NCBI GenBank assembly: GCA_963848205.1
Contig: CAWKCV010000002.1
Location: forward strand, 195,817-259,816
From: an uncultured Alphaproteobacteria bacterium
GTDB taxonomy: Bacteria > Pseudomonadota > Alphaproteobacteria > Acetobacterales > Acetobacteraceae
Direction: 5' to 3'
DNA length: 64,000 bases
How positions within the stretch are numbered: position 1 is the first letter of the stretch; every line of letters begins with the position of its first letter. A program made the translations under genes and the position numbers. This document shows, one piece after another, positions 17,945-26,287 of this stretch. Below the pieces are notes generated by a model. The model had not been told where the DNA came from and ran no database searches. It saw nothing but the letters and a program-made list of their open reading frames with translations.

Positions 17945-18730
17945 ATGAACGCGATCGACGTCACGCACCTGACAAAGCGCTACAAAGCGGCCCTCGCTGT
18001 CGACGATATTAGTTTCACTGTGCCACGCGGTGAGACAATCGGTTTGCTCGGCGGCAATGGCGCGGGAAAAACCACGACGATCGCGATGCTGCTTGGCCTG
18101 CTGGTCCCCACACAGGGCGACATCCACGTGCTCGGCCACAACATGCGCAATGATCGCTTTGCCGCGCTGGCACGGGTGAATTTCTCCTCGCCTTACGTGG
18201 CGCTGCCGCATCGGCTGACGGTTGCCGAAAACCTGCGCGTCTATGGTCATCTCTATAACGTTCATGGCGTGGAGCGCAGGATTGCGGAGTTGGCCGAGGA
18301 GCTCGACCTGCACGCTTTCATGCAGCGCCCGGCCGGCCAACTCAGCGCCGGGCAGAAAACGCGGGTGGCACTGGCCAAATCGCTGATCAACCGGCCGGAA
18401 TTGCTCCTGCTCGACGAGCCGACGGCCAGCCTGGATCCGGACACCGGCGATCTCGTGCGAAGCTGGCTGGAGCGTTACCGGACCGAAAGTGGCTGCACGA
18501 TTCTGCTCGCCTCGCACAATATGGACGAGGTGGCGCGCCTGTGCGGCACGGTGCTGATGATGCGGCAGGGTCGTATCGTCGATCGCGGCACGCCGGCGGA
18601 ATTGCTGGTGCGCTACAATCGCGACGATCTGGAGGAGGTGTTCCTCGACATCGCGCGATCCCGCCGCGCCGAGGGGCCTGAACCTGAGCTGGGCGCGGCC
18701 GAGGCGCACGCCGCGTTGGCCGAGCGATGA
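17945..18730 (+). CDS. ABC transporter ATP-binding protein (ABC-2 exporter type)
   Basis: 261 aa. Walker A GGNGAGKTT, signature LSAGQKTR, Walker B LLLLDEPT. Confidence 0.9.
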   Translation: MNAIDVTHLTKRYKAALAVDDISFTVPRGETIGLLGGNGAGKTTTIAMLLGLLVPTQGDIHVLGHNMRNDRFAALARVNFSSPYVALPHRLTVAENLRVYGHLYNVHGVERRIAELAEELDLHAFMQRPAGQLSAGQKTRVALAKSLINRPELLLLDEPTASLDPDTGDLVRSWLERYRTESGCTILLASHNMDEVARLCGTVLMMRQGRIVDRGTPAELLVRYNRDDLEEVFLDIARSRRAEGPEPELGAAEAHAALAER

Positions 18731-19524
18731 GCGCGCCACGCAGAGTCTGGGGACTGATGTACCGGCACCTGGCGCTGTTCCGGCGCAGTTGGCCGCGGCT
18801 GCTCGACCTCGCTTATTGGCCGGTGCTGCAGATGACGATCTGGGGCTTCACCTCGCGCTTCTTCACCTCCCGGCTGGGCGACCACGGCATGGTCACGGTC
18901 GGCATGCTGCTGGGCGGGGTGCTGCTATGGGAGACCGCGTTGCGCAGCCATCTGGGCTTTGCCGTCACCTTCATGGAGGAGATCTGGAGCCGCAATCTCG
19001 GCCATATCTTCGTCAGCCCGTTGCGGCCGTGGGAGCTGCTGGCCGCGCTGTTGGGGATGAGCTTCATCCGCATGGTGCTCGGTGTGATACCGGCCATGGT
19101 GCTGGCTTACTTCCTCTATCATTTCAGCATTCTGAGCGTCGGCCCGGTGCTGGTGCTGTTCGCGCTCAACCTCATGGTGATGGGCTGGTGGATCGCGCTC
19201 GGCTGCATTTCGCTGATCCTGAGCCAGGGCGGCGGGGCGGAAAGCCTGGTGTGGTCGATGCTGGTCGGGCTGGCGCCGATTGCCGCCGTTTATTACCCGG
19301 TGGCGGTGCTGCCCTGGTGGCTGCATCCGATCGCCTACGCGTTGCCGGCGGCGCATGTGTTCGAGGGTTTGCGCGCCGCCATCAGCCAGGGCGTGATCCG
19401 CTGGGACCATCTGGCGTGGGCCGCTGGGCTGAACGTGGTGTGGCTGACGGCGGCGATGGCGCTCTTCATGCAGCAATTCCATGCGGCCAGGCAGAATGGC
19501 GCGCTGATGAATATCGGCGAATAG
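18727..19524 (+). CDS. ABC-2 type transporter permease
   Basis: 265 aa with six hydrophobic spans. ATGA overlap with the ATPase stop. The alternative ORF 18789..19556 is Arg/Gly-rich nonsense. Confidence 0.8.
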   Translation: MSAPRRVWGLMYRHLALFRRSWPRLLDLAYWPVLQMTIWGFTSRFFTSRLGDHGMVTVGMLLGGVLLWETALRSHLGFAVTFMEEIWSRNLGHIFVSPLRPWELLAALLGMSFIRMVLGVIPAMVLAYFLYHFSILSVGPVLVLFALNLMVMGWWIALGCISLILSQGGGAESLVWSMLVGLAPIAAVYYPVAVLPWWLHPIAYALPAAHVFEGLRAAISQGVIRWDHLAWAAGLNVVWLTAAMALFMQQFHAARQNGALMNIGE

Positions 19525-19528
19525 CGCG

Positions 19529-20158
19529 TTGGCCGACTGCACGCGGTTCTGGCTGATCCGCCACGCGATCGTGGATGCGCAGAGCCGCGCCGTGCTGTAC
19601 GGCCGGATGGACGTGCCGATCGCGGCCGACAGCCTGGCGGCACAGACCGCCATTTATCGCAGCCTGGCCGAGAGACTGCCGCGCGACGCGGTGTGGCTGG
19701 TCTCGCCGTTGCAGCGCACACAGCGCACGGCGGATGCCATCCTGCGGGCCAGTGCCGAGCATCGCGTGCCTTGTGTGGAGCCAGGATTTACCGAGCAGGA
19801 TCTGGGCGACTGGCAGGGGCTCAAGCATGCCGATCTGCCGGCCAAACTGACCGACCCCGCCCATCCCTTCTGGCCGTTGGGCGCGCATGAAGTGCCGCCG
19901 GCCGGTGAGAGCATGGCGACTGTGCTGGCGCGCGTCGGCGAGACGCTGGAGCGGCTGGCCGAGCGGCATGCCGGGCAGGATATCGTGTGCGTCAGCCATG
20001 GTGGCACCATACGCGCCGCGGTCGCCCACGCGCTCGGCGTGGACGCGCAGGCTGCCCTCCACTTGTCCGTGCAGAACCTGTCGCTGACCGTCATCGAGCG
20101 GTTTGCCGCCGGGTGGCGCGTGGTGGTCGTCAACGAAGGCGCTGACGTTTCGCCCTGA
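19529..20158 (+). CDS. histidine phosphatase family protein (phosphoglycerate-mutase-like)
   Basis: 209 aa. N-terminal FWLIRHA catalytic His motif and a second His in VSHGGTIRA. Starts 5 nt after the permease stop. Confidence 0.7.
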   Translation: MADCTRFWLIRHAIVDAQSRAVLYGRMDVPIAADSLAAQTAIYRSLAERLPRDAVWLVSPLQRTQRTADAILRASAEHRVPCVEPGFTEQDLGDWQGLKHADLPAKLTDPAHPFWPLGAHEVPPAGESMATVLARVGETLERLAERHAGQDIVCVSHGGTIRAAVAHALGVDAQAALHLSVQNLSLTVIERFAAGWRVVVVNEGADVSP

Positions 20159-20162
20159 GGGA

Positions 20163-20204
20163 GAAGGCCTTCTTTTCTGAAGAAAAGAAGCAAAGGACTT
20201 TTGC
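20163..20204 (-). repeat. palindromic intergenic element, copy D (reverse)
   Basis: gaaggcCTTCTTTTCtgaaGAAAAGAAGcaaaggacttttgc, 4 nt after the phosphatase stop. Forms an inverted pair with copy E. Confidence 0.85.
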
Positions 20205-20274
20205 TCCAGGTTTTGGACGGCCATCCGACACAGCGGCCCCGCGAATGTCCGTCGATAGGTCCGCGACAGCGCTT

Positions 20275-20317
20275 GCAGAAGTCTTTTGGTTCTTTTCTTC
20301 AGAAAAGAACGCCTTGC
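20275..20317 (+). repeat. palindromic intergenic element, copy E (forward)
   Basis: gcagaagtcttttGGTTCTTTTCttcaGAAAAGAACgccttgc. Its reverse complement is close to 90% identical to copy D by hand alignment. Confidence 0.85.
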
Positions 20318-20426
20318 TAAATGCCGACCGCCAGCAAGCCAGCGGCATAAAGTGATCTGTGAGCTTGCCTAGATAACGCCATCATGTGCCAATAAGATTC
20401 AGCGAGAAACTGAGGAGCGCCCCACC

Positions 20427-21224
20427 ATGCGAACGATCCTGGCGTCGCTTTGCCTACTGGCGCCGCTGGCCGCGCACGCCGAGACCGCCGAAGGCCAGCA
20501 GCAGCTCGTCGATCGCGCGACGCTGGCCGTGCAGGAGATCATGTCCGGCAAGGAAGGCAACGACCCCAGGGCGCTGCTGCCGCGGGCGCGCGCCGTGATG
20601 GTATGCCCGCGGGTATTCCGGGCCGGCTTCCTGATCGCCGGCGAAGGCGGCGGCTGCGTGCTGCTGGCGCGCGGTGGGCAAGGCACCTGGTCGTCGCCGG
20701 CGTTCTACAGCATCGGCAGCGGCAGCGTCGGCTTGCAGATCGGTGTGCAGGATGCCGAAGTGCTGATGATGATCCTGACCGACAACGGGCTGCGCTCGGT
20801 GCTCGACAGCCAGTTCAAGCTGGGCGGCAATGCCTCTGTTGCGTTCGTCAATATCGGCGGCGGCGTGCAGGGTGCCACGACGACGAACCTGAACGCCGAT
20901 ATCGTTGCCTTCGAGCGGCCGCGGGGGTTCTTCGCGGGCTTCTCGATCGAAGGCAGCGTGATGTCGGCCGACAGCCAGGGCGACCAGCTCTATTATAACC
21001 AGCCGGTCGGCACCGTGGATGTCGTGATGGCGATGCGGGCGAATAACCCGGCGGCCGATCCGTTGCGTGGGGTGCTGATGCGATATGGCAGTGGCGGACA
21101 GTTGGCACCTGCGCTGCCGCCACCGGTGGCGGTCGGCGGGGGTTACCAGGATTCGCCGCAGGTGGGGTATGGGGCGGGGCCGCGTGGGCCGGTGCAGCAG
21201 CAGGATTTGCCGCCGCCCCGGTAG
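20427..21224 (+). CDS. secreted SYLF (Ysc84-like, DUF500) lipid-binding domain protein
   Basis: 265 aa. Signal peptide MRTILASLCLLAPLAAHA. VCPRVFRAGFLIAGEGGGCVLLAR ... WSSPAFYSIGSGSVGLQIG ... FKLGGNASVA is SYLF-like. Confidence 0.7.
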   Translation: MRTILASLCLLAPLAAHAETAEGQQQLVDRATLAVQEIMSGKEGNDPRALLPRARAVMVCPRVFRAGFLIAGEGGGCVLLARGGQGTWSSPAFYSIGSGSVGLQIGVQDAEVLMMILTDNGLRSVLDSQFKLGGNASVAFVNIGGGVQGATTTNLNADIVAFERPRGFFAGFSIEGSVMSADSQGDQLYYNQPVGTVDVVMAMRANNPAADPLRGVLMRYGSGGQLAPALPPPVAVGGGYQDSPQVGYGAGPRGPVQQQDLPPPR

Positions 21225-21227
21225 GTA

Positions 21228-21270
21228 GGAAAACAGTCCTTTTCTGGAAGAATGACCAAAAAACGTTTGC
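21228..21270 (-). repeat. palindromic intergenic element, copy F (reverse, degenerate stem)
   Basis: ggaaaacaGTCCTTTTCtggaagaatGACcaaaaaacgtttgc. Flanks match the family and the stem is eroded. 3 nt after the SYLF stop. Confidence 0.6.
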
Positions 21271-21283
21271 TAGGAGCGCTGGT

Positions 21284-22741
21284 TTGAGGATCGCTATCGT
21301 GGGCGCGGGTTTCGCCGGCGTTGGCATGGCGGTGGTCTTGCGGCGTGCCGGGTTTACCGACCTGGTGGTGTTCGAGCGTGGCGATCGCGTCGGCGGCACC
21401 TGGCGGGATAATGCCTATCCTGGCGCCGCATGCGATGTGCCGTCGCATCTGTATTCCTTCTCCTTCGCGCCGAAGCACGACTGGGCGCATAAATTCTCCC
21501 GACAAGCAGATATCCTCGCTTACATCGAGGATGTCGCCGACCGGTTCGGCGTGCGTGACAGCATCAGGCTCGGGACGGCCGTGCACGCTGCCACCTACGC
21601 GCAATCCACACAGGAATGGCGCCTGACATTGTCGGACGGCACCGAACAGGTATTCGACATACTCATTCCGGCGGTCGGGCAGTTGAGCGTGCCGTCGATC
21701 CCGGCGTTTGCCGGCTTGTCGGATTTCCAGGGCCGGCATTTCCACGCGTCGCGGTGGGACGCGTCAGCCAAGCTGGAAAACGCGCATGTCGCGATCGTGG
21801 GGTCGGCGGCAAGCGCGGTCCAGATCGTTCCCGAACTTGCAAAGACGTGCGGCAAGCTCAGCGTGTTTCAGCGATCGCCGAACTGGATCATTCCGCGCGG
21901 CAACCATGCGTTCGGCACGTTCACCCAGGGTTTGTTCAAGAAGCTGCCGATCGCGCGGCGTGCTTTGCGCAGTTTCATCTACAGCTATCAGGAAAGCCTG
22001 TTCGGCGCATTCCGCACCGGCTCGCGCCGCAATCGCTGGGTGACAGGCATGGCGCGCAAACATCTGGCGGCGCAGGTCGCCGACCCGGATCTGCGCGCCA
22101 GGCTCACGCCCGGCTACACGCTTGGCTGCAAACGGCTGCTGGTAAGCGACGATTATCTGCCCAGCTTCAGCCGTCCGAACGTCGAGCTGGTGACCGAAAC
22201 CATCGAGCGGTTCACACCAACCGGCATCCGCACATTGGACGGGCAGGAGCGTGCCTTCGATACCGTCGTGTTCGCCACCGGATTCGACGTGCGCAACAGC
22301 TTGGCACCCGTCAAGATCACTGGGCGCGATGGCACCTCATTATCGGACACCTGGCGCGACGGGCCGCACGCCTATCTCGGCGTTACCGTGCCGGCCTTTC
22401 CCAACATGTTCCTGCTGTACGGCCCGAATACAAATCTGGGCCACAGCTCGATCATCTTCATGCTGGAGTGCCAGTTCGGCTATATCAGGCAATGCATAGA
22501 GAAGCTGGCCGCGTCCGACGCCGGTGCGATGGATGTGCGGCAGGCTGTATGCGACGCCTACAATGCGAAGTTGCACGCATCCCTGGCGGGCACGGTCTGG
22601 TCGACAGGCTGCGGTAATTGGTATGGCCAGGGCGGGCGTATCACTGCCAATTGGTCGGGCTCGACCACGCAATACTGGCGGCAGATGCGTGCACCGGCAT
22701 TGAGCGATTTCACACTGGAACAACGAGCTTTGCCGGCCTGA
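21284..22741 (+). CDS. flavin-dependent (type I Baeyer-Villiger-like) monooxygenase
   Basis: 485 aa. FAD fold IAIVGAGFAGVG, GGTWRDNAYPGAACDVPSHLYSFSF, BVMO fingerprint FQGRHFHASRWD (FxGxxxHxxxW[P/D]), and a second Rossmann motif VAIVGSAASAVQ. Confidence 0.8.
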   Translation: MRIAIVGAGFAGVGMAVVLRRAGFTDLVVFERGDRVGGTWRDNAYPGAACDVPSHLYSFSFAPKHDWAHKFSRQADILAYIEDVADRFGVRDSIRLGTAVHAATYAQSTQEWRLTLSDGTEQVFDILIPAVGQLSVPSIPAFAGLSDFQGRHFHASRWDASAKLENAHVAIVGSAASAVQIVPELAKTCGKLSVFQRSPNWIIPRGNHAFGTFTQGLFKKLPIARRALRSFIYSYQESLFGAFRTGSRRNRWVTGMARKHLAAQVADPDLRARLTPGYTLGCKRLLVSDDYLPSFSRPNVELVTETIERFTPTGIRTLDGQERAFDTVVFATGFDVRNSLAPVKITGRDGTSLSDTWRDGPHAYLGVTVPAFPNMFLLYGPNTNLGHSSIIFMLECQFGYIRQCIEKLAASDAGAMDVRQAVCDAYNAKLHASLAGTVWSTGCGNWYGQGGRITANWSGSTTQYWRQMRAPALSDFTLEQRALPA

Positions 22742-22757
22742 ACCGCCGGCGGAAAGA

Positions 22758-22783
22758 ATCGGCCGGGCTGCTGCCCGGCCGAT
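22758..22783. terminator. GC-rich hairpin between convergent genes (putative bidirectional terminator)
   Basis: ATCGGCCGGGC-tgct-GCCCGGCCGAT, a perfect 11-bp stem between the monooxygenase stop (22741) and the stress-protein stop (22790). The flanking T-tracts are weak. Confidence 0.5.
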
Positions 22784-22789
22784 AGGTTG

Positions 22790-23416
22790 CTAGATGGCTG
22801 TCGCCGACGTGTTGGTTGTCGAGGTGACGTAAGGCGGCTGCTTGTCGTCGAAGCTCTTCCAGCCAGCCTGCTCGTATTCGCCGCGGCGGACGACGGGATC
22901 GACGTGGCCACGGCCGTCGAGAATGCGCTCGGCTTCGGTGGCGCGCAGCTCATCGACACGCGCCGTGACCAGCGACCCGCCACGACGAACGCCTTCGGCG
23001 TATACGTGGGCGTCTTGTTCCGGCACGCCGGCATGCGTGAGCGAGCCCACGAGGCCGCCGCCGGCCGCACCTACTGCGGCACCGACGCCGGCACCGGTGA
23101 GTGTCGCGACCAGCCAACCGGCTGCGACGACCGGGCCCACGCCCGGAATGGCGAGCGAGCCGATGCCGGCCAGTAGGCCGAGCCCGCCGCCGAAGATGGT
23201 GCCAGCGGTGGCACCGGCGCCGGCGCCTCCGGCTTCTTCTGCGTCGGCGGCCACGGTGTCGGTCGTGCGATAGCGGGTTTCGTTCATCGACGTGCCGGCA
23301 TTGTTGGCAACGATCGAGATATGATCGTGGCCGAAGCCGGCAGCTTCGAGATCGCGCACGACAGCGACGGCGTCGTCATGATTGTCGAACATGCGAGTGA
23401 GTGTGCGGTCAGTCAT
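22790..23416 (-). CDS. general stress protein 17M-like / glycine-zipper membrane-associated protein
   Basis: ATG at 23416 (MTDRTLTRMFDNHDDAVAVVRDLEAAGF...) preceded by AAAGGAAC. N-terminal YflT-like segment followed by G/A-rich glycine-zipper segments. Confidence 0.6.
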   Translation of the reverse strand: MTDRTLTRMFDNHDDAVAVVRDLEAAGFGHDHISIVANNAGTSMNETRYRTTDTVAADAEEAGGAGAGATAGTIFGGGLGLLAGIGSLAIPGVGPVVAAGWLVATLTGAGVGAAVGAAGGGLVGSLTHAGVPEQDAHVYAEGVRRGGSLVTARVDELRATEAERILDGRGHVDPVVRRGEYEQAGWKSFDDKQPPYVTSTTNTSATAI

Positions 23417-23439
23417 ATGGCGGTTCCTTTTTTTGTTTT

Positions 23440-23868
23440 TTACGAGGCTTGCTGGCCGACATTGCCCTTGTAGTCGAGCCATACGCCCACCGACTGGCCG
23501 TCCTTCATGCCCATGCCGCGCCACACACCGTCATGGTCCTTCTTGAGGCTCTTGACCTGGCTGTAGCCCTTGGCGGCGATGCGGCTCATTGCCTGGTGGC
23601 GCGTGAAGCTGTTGGCACCCTTGGCCGGCTGGTCGGCATTGGTTTTGGTGGTCACCACGGCCTGGTTGTCGTTGCCGGAGGCTGCTGCCTTGCCGGCCGG
23701 CGTGCCCATGCTGTTCGGCGTAGCGGGCGCACCCATGGTGCTGCCGGCCGGTGCCATCGTGCTGGCCGGCGGAGGAGGTGTGCTGGCGGCAGGCGGCGCT
23801 GCTGTCTGAGCGAACGCTAAGCCGATAGCGAGAATGGACGATGCTGTGCCCAGCATGAGGCGTTTCAT
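23440..23868 (-). CDS. secreted PepSY-like domain protein
   Basis: ATG at 23868 gives the signal peptide MKRLMLGTASSILAIGLAFAQ, then a Pro/Ala-rich linker and a C-terminal AAKGYSQVKSLKKDHDGVWRGMGMKDGQSVGVWLDYKGNV (PepSY pattern). Confidence 0.6.
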   Translation of the reverse strand: MKRLMLGTASSILAIGLAFAQTAAPPAASTPPPPASTMAPAGSTMGAPATPNSMGTPAGKAAASGNDNQAVVTTKTNADQPAKGANSFTRHQAMSRIAAKGYSQVKSLKKDHDGVWRGMGMKDGQSVGVWLDYKGNVGQQAS

Positions 23869-23985
23869 TGGGTGCGCTCCCGTTAATATTGCTTGAGGCC
23901 TTCTAACGGTCCGCCCGCCTGTGAAGTTTCGCTGGCCGGCTGCGCCCGCCACGCCGGTTCGGGCCAAAGAAACCGCCGCCAGATT

Positions 23986-24033
23986 GCAGAAGTTTCTTGG
24001 TCCGTTTTTTCAAGAGAGGACTGCCTGCTTGCC
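23986..24033 (+). repeat. palindromic intergenic element, copy G (forward, imperfect stem)
   Basis: gcagaagtttcttGGTCCgttttttcaagagaGGACtgcctgcttgcc, between the PepSY gene start and rnpB. Confidence 0.7.
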
Positions 24034-24061
24034 TATGTCTTGCTTCCTTGCGAAACAGCGG

Positions 24062-24450
24062 ATGCCAGACGGCTGGACGACCGCTGCGAGAGCAGAGGAA
24101 AGTCCGGGCTCCACGGGAATACGGTGCCGGCTAACGGCCGGCGGGGGCGACCCCAGGGAAAGTGCCACAGAAAACAAACCGCCGGACGTGCATGGGCGAC
24201 CATGGGCCGAGGGCAAGGGTGAAACGGTGCGGTAAGAGCGCACCGCGCGCCTGGTGACAGGGGCGGCAGGGTAAACCCCACCGGGAGCAAGACCGAATAG
24301 GGGCGGCCGGCGGCGTGCAAGCGTCGTCAGGGGCATTCTCGCCTCGTCGCCCGGGTTGGTCGCGTCAGGCGCGCGGCAACGCGCGTCGCAGAGGAATGGT
24401 CGTCCATGCCGAAGGGCGGGACAGAACCCGGCTTACAGGCCGTCTGGCAT
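24062..24450 (+). ncRNA. rnpB: RNase P RNA, bacterial type A
   Basis: GAGGAAAGTCCGGGCTCCA, GGTAAGAGCGCACC, GGGTAAACCCCACCGGGAGCAAG and ACAGAACCCGGCTTA are all present in order. P1 closes ATGCCAGACGGC (24062) with GCCGTCTGGCAT (24450). Confidence 0.95.
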
Positions 24451-24760
24451 GCCTACCGTGAAACGCGCCTGGATGGGCCATCTGACGCGCATTTTCTGCG
24501 ATACGGTCGTCACGTGCATTGAGCCCGCTCCGGTCCGTTTCTCGAAAACGCACGCCAGCTGACCCATCCAGCCACGTTGGCGGCAGGCCTGACGGATTTG
24601 GCTGACGATTTAACCCACAGAGTTATCCACAAGAACAGATCATGAATACTTTTGCGTATCGAAAGTCTGTGGAAGGGCTGGGCCATCACATTTCTAAACC
24701 ATTGTTTTCATTGATATGTTGATCTGAAAGCGTACGTAAAAGGCGCGTAATCCCTTTGAC

Positions 24761-24797
24761 GCCCATGGTTGCCCATGCTATCCCATGTCATCCCAAG
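24761..24797 (-). promoter_or_regulatory. four direct repeats with 10-bp phasing, TGGGN core on the minus strand (putative MraZ operator at the dcw promoter)
   Basis: Plus strand reads GCCCATGGTT GCCCATGCTA TCCCATGTCA TCCCAAGGCG, ~60-95 nt upstream of the mraZ ATG. It overlaps a possible TTGACG(24756)-17-TATCCC promoter. Confidence 0.55.
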
Positions 24798-24857
24798 GCG
24801 CTTCGGTCATCCACAGCGGAGGGCTTGCGTCGGGCGGGGGGGTGATAAGCGGTTGGG

Positions 24858-25346
24858 ATGGGGCAGTTCCTGGGCACGCACCTGAACAGGATCGACGCGA
24901 AAGGGCGGGTTTCCATACCTGCGCCGTTCCGGGCAGCGCTGCGTGCGCTGTCGGTCGAGGGTGCGGCGCCGTTGGTGCTGCGCCAGTCTCACGCGCATGC
25001 CTGCGTCGAAGGATGGCCGAGCGTCACGTTCGAGGAACTGGCCACACCGTTGAATCAGCTCGACATGTTCGGCGAGGATCACGAGGACCTCGCACAGGTG
25101 CTGTATTCCGACGCCTACCCTGTCGAATCGGACAAGGAAGGACGCATTATGCTGCCGGACGTGTTGGTGCAGCACGCAGGCATTTCAGACACGGTTATCT
25201 TCATGGGGCTCGGCCGGACATTCCAGATATGGGAGCCACAGGCAGCCGAGCGCCGGCGTGCCGAAGCGCGCGAACGCGCCCGCGCACGTCGCCTGACGTT
25301 GCCGGGTGTCGCGCCGGCCTTGTCGCGATCGGCCACGCTGCCATGA
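24858..25346 (+). CDS. mraZ: transcriptional regulator MraZ
   Basis: 162 aa. [22 protein letters not shown] plus a second SpoVT/AbrB-like half (DKEGRIMLP). Confidence 0.92.
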   Translation: MGQFLGTHLNRIDAKGRVSIPAPFRAALRALSVEGAAPLVLRQSHAHACVEGWPSVTFEELATPLNQLDMFGEDHEDLAQVLYSDAYPVESDKEGRIMLPDVLVQHAGISDTVIFMGLGRTFQIWEPQAAERRRAEARERARARRLTLPGVAPALSRSATLP

Positions 25347-26287
25347 GCCATATCCCTGTCATGCTCGAGGAAGTGCTCGACGCTCTCTCTCCCGCCGACG
25401 GCGAGCGGATGCTGGACGCGACATTCGGCGGCGGCGGCTATGCGCGTGCAATTCTGGATCGCGCTTCCTGCACCTTGTGGGCGATCGATCGAGACCCGGA
25501 CGCGATCGCGCGCGGCGCTGCTTTGAGCGCCGCCTATCCCGGCCGGCTGCATCTGATCGAAGGCAGTTTCGGCCAGATGCTCGACCTGTTGCAGGACGCC
25601 GGTGTGGAGGCGCTCGACGGCGTGGTGCTCGATCTGGGCGTCTCCAGCTTTCAGATCGACGATGCGGCGCGCGGCTTCAGCTTTCGTGGCGATGGCCCGC
25701 TGGACATGCGCATGAGCCAGAGCGGCACGACGGCCGCCGACCTCGTTGCCAGCCTGCCCGAAGCGGAGTTGGCCGATACGCTCTATCAATATGGCGAGGA
25801 GCGCCTGTCGCGCAGGATTGCACGCGCGATCGTGGCCGCGCGCGAGGCCGAACCGATCACCACGACCGGTCGGCTCGCCGCTATCATCCGCGGCGTGACG
25901 CCGCCGGCGCGCGACGGAATCCATCCTGCCACCCGCAGTTTTCAGGCGCTGCGCATCCGCGTGAACGACGAACTGGGTGAAATTGAGCGCGCGCTGCACG
26001 CTGCATCTTCCTTGCTGGCGCCTGGCGGCCGGCTGGTCGTGGTGTCGTTTCACTCGTTGGAAGACCGTCTGGTGAAACGCTTCTTTACAAGCGCCGCAGG
26101 CCGCAATCCGGCACCCTCACGCCATGATCCTCGTGGACTTGCACCTCAGATGGCGGCGCATTTTCGGCTGCTGACCCCGCGCGCCGTGCGGCCAGCGCCG
26201 GACGAGACGGCGCGCAACCCGCGCGCCCGTAGTGCACGGCTGCGCGCTTTGCAGAAACTGTCCCCAAGTCACGAGGCTTACGCATGA
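25343..26287 (+). CDS. rsmH: 16S rRNA (cytosine1402-N4)-methyltransferase
   Basis: ATG 25343 (ATGA overlap with the mraZ stop). [38 protein letters not shown]. Confidence 0.92.
   Translation: MSHIPVMLEEVLDALSPADGERMLDATFGGGGYARAILDRASCTLWAIDRDPDAIARGAALSAAYPGRLHLIEGSFGQMLDLLQDAGVEALDGVVLDLGVSSFQIDDAARGFSFRGDGPLDMRMSQSGTTAADLVASLPEAELADTLYQYGEERLSRRIARAIVAAREAEPITTTGRLAAIIRGVTPPARDGIHPATRSFQALRIRVNDELGEIERALHAASSLLAPGGRLVVVSFHSLEDRLVKRFFTSAAGRNPAPSRHDPRGLAPQMAAHFRLLTPRAVRPAPDETARNPRARSARLRALQKLSPSHEAYA

Noticed and set aside
24010-24562. Several 60-110-aa ORFs on both strands (24010..24336, 24033..24320, 24356..24562, 24365..24553)
   Set aside because: They lie within the RNase P RNA gene or its immediate flank, which carries all conserved type A elements.
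24605-24760. The AT-rich DnaA-box region read as the chromosomal origin (oriC)
   Set aside because: There is only one perfect box plus two weak ones. There is no DnaA-box cluster and no obvious AT-rich 13-mer-like unwinding repeats. The flanking genes (rnpB, mraZ) are not the usual alphaproteobacterial oriC neighbours (the hemE/parAB/dnaA region). I kept it only as a possible regulatory site.
24785-26287. 500-aa ORF suggesting a much longer RsmH
   Set aside because: Its first 186 codons overlap mraZ in another frame and read as nonsense. The conserved RsmH N-terminus ([12 protein letters not shown]) starts at ATG 25343, which overlaps the mraZ stop.
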